This document shows positions 54,331 to 64,000 of a DNA stretch of 64,000 nt, in pieces. The DNA is taken from assembly GCA_002269645.1 (NCBI GenBank), contig NIVC01001936.1, forward strand, positions 151,194 to 215,193, written 5' to 3'. The notes below the pieces were generated by a model, which worked only from the letters and a program-made list of their open reading frames with translations, searched no databases and was not told the origin of the DNA. Numbering within the stretch: position 1 is the first letter of the stretch; every line of letters starts with the position of its first letter. Position numbers and translations under genes: made by a program. The DNA is from Macrostomum lignano. Lineage: Eukaryota.

Positions 54331-56195
54331 CTGGAAACCCCTTCTGATGTTGACAGTGAGGAGGCGATCCTATCCCATCGCCTGGGTCGATGTGGATGTT
54401 GATATAAAGTCTCGGCGGGCGAAATCCATATGCGGGATTAGAGTCTTCATCGACATATAGCCAAAGTTGTGTTATTTATTGTTTTATCTCCGACAAGTCG
54501 AGAGGCCTTCCGTCCTAATAAATAGGTGAAGCGGTGGTAAATGAAGGATAGTTGTTCAGCCTAGCTCGAATAGTAAAAACTCTACCCTCTATAACTTTAT
54601 GTATTATATATAACTTTATGAAAGTACAACGATAATCAGACTGCTACAAAGAACTGCTGTACATCAGCAGTAGAAATTTATACGAGACAGGGGAAGCCCC
54701 TATAGAACAACTTTGGTGACAGCGGTGGGATGAAAGAAAGATCTCCCCTGTGACAATACTGTTAAACATGTATTCGAACTATGAAGCTTTACAATAAAGC
54801 TGACACGCTACTAAAGATGAATATTTGATCGATATGTATCAAATATGTCTAAATATATCACGATTTCTGTGACCGGCGAAAATCTATGAAGCTCTTATCT
54901 CCACCAGTGTTGAACAAACCCAATCACTGAATCTCATACCTTATCTGAGTTATATCGTATTTTCTACATAAATATTTTCCAAGAAACAAACTTTCCCGTC
55001 CTTACATATGCCCCTCAGCATCAGAATATATTGAGTAGTTAGCCAGCTTAGCAGCTTAAAAAATCGCAGGTAGCATCTTAGAATATTATTACAGGTTTGG
55101 GTCCAGGAAAGTATTATTGGCCTAGCCTAAGCGGTTTCTGTTGTTGGACAAAACAATGAGTTGAGGCCGTAAAGCCAGCCAGCATTCTATTCAAGCCGCC
55201 ATATTGTGTGTCTCTCACAATTCTAACCGCTTTTCCAGCAGGAGCTGAAAAGATGAAGATGGCCTGGCTCCCTGCAGCATCTGGGTTTGAAATTTCCTGT
55301 TGTGTTGGAGATCCAACCCTGACGGAAGCTACAAATGCAAATTTTTTCTTCCCTTTATCCTGCCATTTTCCTGAAAAATTTTAGTCAAGGACGACTCGAG
55401 CAAGGAGTGCTGAGTTCCAAATTTGTCCTTGCATTCTTACAATAAAAAATCGATGACACGGTGCCCAAACCTGATGAATAACCTGCAGCTGAACACGATT
55501 GCAAATTCCTAATGGATTGGTAATGCATTGACATTCTGCGGCCTAATCTAGCTATAGGCTAATTTTAGACACAATTTCGAAGTACGAGCTATCATGGATT
55601 TCACGGCAATACATAATGCAGTGTGTAATAAATTGAAGCTAAAGGCTGGTAGTGAATGCGTAGGAAAGTTAAACGTGGAGAGCCAGTACACACAACTGGG
55701 CTCTTATATGACTTGTTTATTCTTATTCATCACCCTAGGACTAAAGAGGGTGGTTGGCCTGACTGCCCAGACCCCACCATGCTAGCCACGCGTAAAACGC
55801 AAACAACCCGACGCAGTGCACATGCACTGAAACACACTAGCCAATCAGCGCGCACGCAATACTAACTAACTAAGAATGCACAAAGCATAATATTGCAATA
55901 ATAAAAATACACTAGCATATCGCCACAATGTCACACAGTGGATACACGCCGGTTTTATCCAGAACTTAAACTGTTCGCTTTATTTACGAGATAAGGAGAT
56001 CACTTTGTCAAATGACTGAGCCGTTTTCTTCACCCACAAAAACAGCATAGAGGCGAGACTGAAAGTCCTGACAAAAACCGATGCTTGCAGATACTGATTT
56101 TTCCCAACGGACAAGTAAAGTACATGTAAGAGGAGGCTAAACTTGCAAATCATGCTGGAGGCTTCTTTGGAGGCAGCAGTTTGCTACAAAATTCA

Positions 56196-56990
56196 TTACG
56201 GAATTAGGAATCTTTCAATCGACATGCAGTCTGGACCACGGCTGCGATCGAAAGGGCGATGGGTGCACTGACGCTTTGGACGGATTCGTCTGGTTGAGCC
56301 TGGCCCTGACGGAGGTTTTGCATGACTTGACGGAGTTCTCCACGTCCTTGTACTTGCGACCACACGTACGTACTTGCAGCTGCACGAACGTGTGCATTCG
56401 GACGGAGTGCGGGCGGAACGACGATCCTGAATCCCCACAGCAAGCAGCCCTGTTCATTGAGAGCTTGTTTCTCTCGGTCATGTAGAGAAGCTTCGAGACT
56501 GTGCAATGACCTTGGCAGTCAGAGCCGAGCCGACCTCTTCGTCGATTATTAAAAAGTTCACGGCTGTCGGTCTGAACTCCAGTAAAGTAGCGAAGGCTTC
56601 TTCCGGCCAGCTGCACCCTTTTTGATGTAACCTGGACTGAGCCGCAATTTCGGAGGGAGTAGGGCATGGCGATCCTGCAAGATTTTCTTGAGGTCGTCGT
56701 AAGACTTTCCAGCCACCTTTTCTGGCTGGCAAGTTTTGAAGTACTGTGTAGGCTTCTTCTCCTATGAGCATGGCGGTGCTGTGTGGCCATCTTAGCGGTG
56801 TCCTCTGTATTCTTAGCGTAGACTTCGAAGTCGGAGTCCTTGGACAGTTCCGGAACGCGCCTACAAGCTGAACTCTTCGCCGTTATGATAACTCAAAACG
56901 AAGTCCGATGGTGAGTCTTTGCGAGCACTTTAACTGGGAAGTGGTCATCGAGTGGCAGACGGACAATGAGGCGTGACCATAAGTCGAGTG
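56196..56990 (-). mobile_element. Internally deleted Gypsy relic (gag N-terminus joined to integrase region)
   Basis: LIGEEAYTVLQNL (gag-like); GCLLWGFRIVVPPALR, YVW, DVENSVKSCKT and PWSRLHVD (integrase), spread across frames. Confidence 0.75.
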
Positions 56991-57747
56991 TCCAGTTTTA
57001 CATTTGTGGGCTCCTGGGCCCCAACTTAGCCTTAGCTGTGGTACGAAAAGAAAAGCGTGGGCGGTGCATGCATAGCATGGGGGAGTTGTTTAGATTGGGT
57101 GAAGAGAAAAGTGAGGGGAACAAACAGGGTGCCGTAGTCAATGGGAGCAAGCAGACTCTTGGCCAAGGCTGCGGAGGGATCCACAGCTCAGGCCATCACA
57201 ATCTTTTCCCGGAATGTTACCAGAGACCAAAAAGCAAACAGTAGTAGAAAATCTGTTCTTCCTGTCTCCTTTGTGTATTTTTCTGATATGATTTTTCTTG
57301 ATTTAATTTGCATTTGGAGAAACCCAATCTATCGCCACGCAAAATTGCAAATCTTTGAGAAATCCAGTTAAAAACCTACTGTGTATTGCGACTCTATAGC
57401 ACTTTTTAATCCTTTCTCTCGACAAACTTTTGAAGCCACCTCAGACAAAAAACCGATTTGTTTGCATTTCGGACGAGCAGAGGGTGAGATGCTGTAAATT
57501 TAACTTTCCCATCACGCTAAAGCATTTTGCGGCAAAAAAACTGGATTTTAGTGTAGCTTTCTATACGAGCGTATTAAGATTTCCATGGCTCCATCAAAAA
57601 CGCCAAGCAAGACTCGATATACCAAAGGAGTTGCAATTCACAGTTAAACAGAGGCATTCAAACCTTGCTTCAGTATCAGGTAACCTCAATTCCAGATCGC
57701 TGTTAAACTGTTTTCAATATTGCCCTTCGCGTGCTTGTCCAGCTCGA

Positions 57748-58785
57748 TCAATCAAACGGCGACACGCACTCGCAGAGGGCGCCGTAGGCTCCCGAATCCG
57801 TGATGTCCACCAGCTTCGGCACTGTCGGGTACCGAGCCGTGGCCTTCTCCCCAAACGAATTGGGCTCGCCAGAGCCCCAGAGCGTATCGTCCACCGTGAT
57901 GTTGCAGGCCGTCCAGAGCCAGCCGTCCGTCTGAGCGGCACCAGGAAACACGCGGTAGCCGCCCAGGTAGACAGCGACTCCCGGGCTGAGCGCGGTGTAC
58001 ATGGCTTCAACGTGGCTCATCTCAGACGAGTTAGTGACATCGGCCAGCATCGCCAGGCCAGAATCCGACTCGCACCTGTCAGTTCAGGCAGTTCAGGCCG
58101 TGAGACGTTTCTGCTACCATTTGACACATGGATACGGACACGGAAACACCCTCCGAGTCTAACTCTGCCCTGAGTTTCATCCTCCGGCAGTGTGCTCACT
58201 GTGCGTCTTGGGGTTGGCTCTTACTAATGAGTGGCAATTGCACATAATTCAGGCCAACATTCTACACGAGAACCCCGAACTGATAAGGCCGCCATACCGC
58301 GGAATCGAACCGCGCACGGAAGCGGTGCCATTTCAGCCCAACCCATTCCAGCCACGCACCTGAGCTTCTGGGCTGACCAGGTGGCGGTGCTGTTGATCAG
58401 GCGGTACTTCACTCGCGCACAGCTCGTCTGCGTAGCCAGGCGGGCACAGCGCGCCCGGCTCGAGTCCCGGCTGCCGCTTCACGAACAGGCGGCCTCTCCG
58501 GGAGCAGCCGCAGTCCCGCACCGACTTGCTGCACCTGTCAAACACGAACAGCTGGCACGGACCGTCGGCCATGGTGAAGGCCTGGCAGCTCGGCTCTCCG
58601 CCGCACTCGATGGAGCACCGCAGCTCCGATGCGATGCCGGGCAGCGTGCGGGTGAAGGCGCTGCGGATGCACAGGGAGCCGCTGCTGACCTCCCTGAAGG
58701 CTGTGTGGCACAGCTGCTGGCTGCTCTGGGCTTCTGCCAGAGAGACTGAGAAAGCCAAGATGAAGAGCGCAGCGATTGGATGCAT
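57748..58785 (-). CDS. Secreted PAN/apple + C-type lectin protein, 2 exons, one apparent frameshift
   Basis: Signal peptide MHPIAALFILAFSVSLAEA; PAN-like CSIECGGEPSCQAF...CQL; exons 58785-58360 and 58075-57748 join in phase 2 (QKLR|CESD); lectin motifs YLGG, WLW, WGSGEPN and ALCE. Frame break near 58415. Confidence 0.75.
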
Positions 58786-60339
58786 TCAGCTGCTTTGGAC
58801 AACTCAGGGGTTAATTCTATGTTCGCGATTTGGCTGGTCCCGTCTTTTACATGTAGGTACGCGTCAGTTTTGTTTTAAACAGCTTTCCCGGCTTTTGATT
58901 TGCTGTGACGAGACGGGACCTGCATGCGAGTCTGCTGACTGCTGATTGGCCTGCAGCCGATACTGGAATTCGACTGGAGTTTCCATTCTGTTCGAGCTTA
59001 AGTGTGCGAGACAGACTATTTCGATAACCAATAATTGCGCTCGTAGAAATGTCAAATAATGAGAAAATTACGGAATAGTACATGTACTTTGACTGCATTT
59101 ATCCCAACTTGAGTCTATAAGAAAAGCAAGGATAATCTGCATCGCTCGACTGTCAGATAGCAATGCAAAGTGTGTGATGAATCACGTCAACTCTGATAGT
59201 TAAGTTAGAATGTAACGAAATGCTTCAGCAACTGCTTTGTGAGTGCGCGCGTCTGTATAGATTAAATAAGCTCGCGATGAACATTAATAGTGCAGGTTGT
59301 GGCAGAAGTTGAGCTGCTGTCATTCGTCGAGCTTGGTTGCTTCTCATATTTCTTTTGTCGGGGCGATTGGGAGAGCGCGCCATTTTCTCATGGGAGATCA
59401 TGCTGGAAGAGTTTGGTTGCCAAGGGTCGGACGGTCCCCTCAGCTCTGCCTCCTCTCGTGATGCCCTCTAGTCAAGTAGTTAAGATGACAAACGTCCTTA
59501 AGACAGCTCGGACTACTTACCTGTAAGTGCTTTTTACATATTCTTGGATGCGATCCTTGAGAATAAAATTTTCTAAGCACCCTGCTGCAAAAACGATGCT
59601 TTTATGAGTAACACCTGCCTTGAATCTGGAGCCGAGATGCCTCATTTTAACCTTCGACAAAATCTACACGATTTTTAAGTGTTGCGTCTTTTACATCTGT
59701 GCTGTATTTGTAAATGAATCCAAGCTAGTGGAGGAGGCAATCTTCAGGTGCAAATTACAATAACCGGATCGATATTATGGCATGCTCCTCCGAAGCAATG
59801 TATCCGCTTCAATTCCAGACAAATAACAAATAAAATGAAAACATAATTCTCACTACACTACTATGAGCAGAGATAATTCCTTGACCGCTATTTTAATAAC
59901 AAAAAGGCCGATAAAACTGCAGCATATTGTGCGGCGCAGCACAGCTGAGCACTAAACTCAGCATGGCGTGACTGGGCTGCACCGAACACAGGCCGGCCGC
60001 AATCCATTCCTTCCAGCCAGCTGTCTGAACTTGGCAGTTAAATAAAGTTAAATGTCAGAGCCGCCCAGCATAGCTGCTAAGTGCACCGGGGTAGCAAAAG
60101 TGCTCACTCACTCCGCACAGTATGGACTCGTGCACTCCAATGGCCTGGCAAACTGCCTGAGATGTCCGATATGGACTGTCTGAATCTCTTCTGGTGTCTC
60201 TTCCGGATTCTTTCAGTCTTGCTCCCACATCTACCATCTTTTTTCTTCCTGACTCCCAGGTTTCTGTTTATTACTCCCATACACTTTACAATGTGTACAT
60301 GTATCTCTCTCTTCCTGATTCCCCTGGCTCTCTCCCTGA

Positions 60340-60690
60340 CTCCCCTATTAATCTCCCTGATTCCCCCTCAATCTCCTTGGTTCTCCTCCAAATCTTTCCT
60401 GATTTCCTTCTCAATCTCCATTATTCCCTTCTCAACTTCTGGATTCCCCTCTCAATCTCCATTATTCCCTTCTCAACTTCTTGATTCCCTCTCAATCTCC
60501 ATTATTCCCTTCTCAACTTCTGGATTCCCCTCTCAATCTCCATTATTCCCTTCTCAACTTCTGGATTCCCCTCTCAATCTCCATTATTCCCTTCTCAACT
60601 TCTGGATTCCCTCTCAATATCCATTATTCCCTTCTCAATTTTCTGATTTCCCTATCAATCTTCCTGATTCCCCTCTCAATCTCCCTGACC
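60340..60690. repeat. 40/41-bp pyrimidine-rich minisatellite
   Basis: TCTCAATCTCCATTATTCCCTTCTCAACTTCTGGATTCCC(C), about 7 copies. Confidence 0.85.
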
Positions 60691-61603
60691 CCACACCTCG
60701 CCTCAAATGAACTCCAAGAAAGCCTACATGCAACATTAATTAAGTACACAATAAACTTTGCGCAAATTTCAAATTCAATGATGTATGATGCAATAAAGCA
60801 TATTAGATTTACTCAGACAGAATCTGAAACTGATTTAATTGTTACAGACGGCGGTAAAACATGGTGCACACGATAGGCAGGCGGAAGCCGATTTGTACAA
60901 TGTACAATGCCACTTAACAGTATGGAATTTGTACAGAACAGTCTCCTTATCAGTGTCATGATGGCGAACAAGGCTAAACCCAAATTATAAGCGGATATAC
61001 AATTAGCAGAGGCGAGCACAGTGAGTAGCGGGTCTGGCAGGTCCGAACAGCAATCAACGGAAGCGGGATCAGGATTAACTTAATTAGGTCTATCTATAAT
61101 TATAGGATGAAGCAGTCGGTGAAACTCTGGATGAGCGGCAGGCAGCGAGGCGGTCAGACTTGGCGGTTTAACCACGTCCGAGTAAGGCAGAGAAAAATAT
61201 CGATAACTACTGTTAGTAATATTTGATTCTACTGCCGCAGTCGCACAGCATGCAATCAACAGTTCTCTGTCACTGACGATGTGTGCAGCAGCATTAAGCG
61301 AAAAATAAATGAAAACAGAAGACAGAAAGAAACGGACAGAAGCAGACATGCAGGTGGCTGGCTGGACCGGTGCTCCTACTGGTGAGGGTTAAAACTTTAA
61401 AACAGAAAAATAACAATTAAAACGTGAGGAGTCTCTAGGAGATGAAAGATGTGGAGACGCGATCGAAATGGGGGACAGGCAGGGGGGTCAGAGGAAGTGG
61501 CGAAGGCCGAATCATTCGAGTAGCTTTAAATACTGCCGATCTAGCAGCATTGGTGTGAACAGAATGACTGTCAGAGAGGCGCATGATCTACCACCAGATC
61601 TTT

Positions 61604-62690
61604 ATTGAATAGATTAGCAATCCATTCTATTCTGACTTACTGAATAGATTAGCAATCCATTCTATTCTGACTTACTGAATAGATTAGCAATCCATTCTAT
61701 TCTGACTTACTGAATAGATTAGCAATCCATTCTATCCTGACTTACTGAATAGATTAGCAATCCATTCTATTCTGACTTACTGAATAGATTAGCAATCCAT
61801 TCTATCCTGACTTACTGAATAGATTAGCAATCCATTCTATTCTGACTTACTGAATAGATTAGCAATCCATTCTATCCTGACTTACTGAATAGATTAGCAA
61901 TCCATTCTATTCTGACTTACTGAATAGATTAGCAATCCATTCTATTCTGACTTACTGAATAGATTAGCAATCCATTCTATTCTCTGGCTTATTGAATAGA
62001 TTAGCAATCCATTCTATTCTGACTTACTGAATAGATTAGCAATCCATTCTATTCTCTGGCTTATTGAATAGATTAGCAATCCATTCTATTCTGACTTACT
62101 GAATAGATTAGCAATCCATTCTATTCTGACTTACTGAATAGATTAGCAATCCATTCTATTCTCTGGCTTATTGAATAGATTAGCAATCCATTCTATTCTG
62201 ACTTACTGAATAGATTAGCAATCCATTCTATTCTGACTTACTGAATAGATTAGCAATCCATTCTATTCTGACTTACTGAATAGATTAGCAATCCATTCTA
62301 TTCTGACTTACTGAATAGATTAGCAATCCATTCTATTCTCTGGCTTATTGAATAGATTAGCAATCCATTCTATTCTGACTTACTGAATAGATTAGCAATC
62401 CATTCTATTCTCTGGCTTATTGAATAGATTAGCAATCCATTCTATTCTGACTTACTGAATAGATTAGCAATCCATTCTATTCTGACTTACTGAATAGATT
62501 AGCAATCCATTCTATTCTGACTTACTGAATAGATTAGCAATCCATTCTATTTTCTGGCTTATTGAATAGATTAGCAATCCATTCTATTCTGACTTACTGA
62601 ATAGATTAGCAATCCATTCTATTCTGACTTACTGAATAGATTAGCCATCCATTCTATTCTCTGGCTTATTGAATAGATTAGCAATCCAAT
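61604..62690. repeat. 35-bp minisatellite (GAATAGATTAGCAATCCATTCTATTCTGACTTACT)n with a 37-bp variant
   Basis: About 30 copies. Confidence 0.95.
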
Positions 62691-62814
62691 AATTATTATA
62701 ACTATGGAGCAGACTACCAATACACCTCAGACGCGAAGCAGACTAGCAATCCATCAGTTCCCCATGCCCGATCCCGCAGCAGTAAAGCGCGGCGATCCGG
62801 CACCGCGCAGTCCT

Positions 62815-64000
62815 TCAGCCCGCATCCGCGGTAGCTGCGGTCGCCGCAGCCTCGTCGTGTTTATTCAGCGCCAGCGCCAAATCTGACAAAAATCGGCGCA
62901 CAGCCTGCGGCGAGCCGCGCGCTACGGCGGCCGCCAGACCGTCGGGCGTTAGCAGAGGCGCCAGCGCGGGCCACTGGCGGAACAGCAGCGCCAGCAGCGC
63001 CAGCAGCAGCGCGGCAACGCAGACGATGACGAACGGCCGGCTGCGTAGGAAGCCCAGCAGCCACAGCAGCAGGTTGATGAGGCAAGAGGCTGCAACGAAG
63101 CCGTAGGACAGCAGCGCCACCAGCAGGTTCAGCATCCGAGTGCCGGTGGTGGCGGCCGAGTCCGGCCGGCCGTGCGGGCAGGCGCCGGGGCCTTGGAGGT
63201 CGCGGACAGCACGGCGATCTTGTTGTTGATGTCGTCAATCTGCTGGTCGACCAGCATCAGCTTGTTGAACTCCTTGGACAGGTTGGTGAGGAACACCTTC
63301 ATCTTCTCCAGCTCCTTTTGGTTGTCGTCCAGGCTGGCCGACAGCTCCTGGATTGGGGGGGGGGGCGTGCATGCTTGGGCGCAACCTAGAGACTCACCCG
63401 GCCGTTTCTATTGGCACCACACACATGTAAGTCGCTATTGGCTGCGTCCAGGCTGCGTCCAATAGCGACTTACATGTGTGTGTTGCCAATAGAAACGGCC
63501 GAGTGATTCCCAAGGTTGCGCATGTATGGCGTGTGGGCAAGGGGTGCTTGCACTGCACTCACCGACTCCTTCAACACATTCACTGACTAAGTCATCCTAT
63601 TTTCTGACTCATTCATCTGATTCACTGACTCAGTCATTTCATTCACTGGCTGGGCCGACCAATTACCTGCTGGTCATATCTCAGCTTATGGATTTCCGAG
63701 TCCACCAGCTTGTGAATATCGCCAGCTTCATCCTGCAGTCGGTTGCGCACAACGTCCAGCTCCTCGGTGAGGGCCCGCCGCTGCTCCTGCAGCAGGTGCT
63801 CGAAGTGCTCGCGCAAGGACTCGGTTTGATCGCAGCTGACAGCCGGGGCAGCGGGAGACGTGGACGCGGCGGCAGCAGCAGCCGCAGCGGCCGCCTCGCT
63901 GGCCGACAAGAAGCGGGCGGACTCGCTGCTGACGGAGGACGAGGCGCGGCTCTTGGGCGGCCGGTAGGAGCGGCTGGTGGTGGACCGGGGACCGCCGCCG
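62815..64000 (-). CDS. 3' exons of a coiled-coil + two-TM membrane protein (TMCC/Tex28-like architecture), 5' end outside the window
   Basis: Exon from beyond 64000 to 63667 (CAG|GTAATT) splices in phase 0 to 63347-62815. Long heptad pattern followed by a hydrophobic hairpin ending ...LLFRQW. One frame break near 63170. Family assignment is tentative. Confidence 0.6.
63379..63521. mobile_element. Palindromic MITE-like element in an intron
   Basis: 63-bp near-perfect inverted arms around a 17-bp spacer. Confidence 0.75.

Noticed and set aside
55622-55927. Candidate LTR of the Gypsy relic (TG...CA, AATAAA on the minus strand)
   Set aside because: No PPT, no TSD and no second copy in the window.
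59520-61350. Short minus-strand ORFs with splice-like motifs, as possible exons
   Set aside because: Could not be joined into a consistent reading frame or matched to a recognisable family.
2562-62690. CRISPR-like appearance of regular 28-48-bp repeats
   Set aside because: Units are head-to-tail with no unique spacers, no cas genes are present, and the context is eukaryotic.

Overview
Eukaryotic (animal) genomic DNA, not prokaryotic: GT-AG introns, dense intronic minisatellites and a 614-N gap (4611-5224). The style suggests a flatworm such as Macrostomum, but that is inference only. Left to right: (1) first coding exon of a FoxQ2/fd102C-like forkhead gene (minus). (2) A full-length Ty3/Gypsy LTR retrotransposon (5323-13982) with tRNA-His PBS, gag, a -1 frameshift signal and pol. 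Between integrase and the PPT it carries an unexpected intact 558-aa third ORF: a J-domain-like N-terminus lacking HPD, fused to a TatD-like fold lacking most metal ligands. It is followed in tandem by a PBS-less, nucleocapsid-less second gag. (3) A minus-strand cluster of F-box/LRR genes arranged as a duplicated three-gene cassette (15.2-27.1 kb and 36.4-46.3 kb), with mosaic exons, pseudogenes and minisatellites built from splice sites, stop codons and coding sequence. (4) Tc1, mariner, SINE, MITE and Penelope insertions, the Penelope copy with a minimal hammerhead ribozyme. (5) A 5.9-kb CCC-terminated TIR element with 2-bp TSD carrying a coiled-coil/BEN-like gene and no visible transposase. 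(6) LINE and Gypsy relics, a secreted PAN/C-type lectin gene, and the 3' exons of a coiled-coil/two-TM gene. The best candidate for an undescribed system is the Gypsy element with the J-like/pseudo-TatD accessory ORF. All domain calls are by-eye motif recognition; no database search was run.
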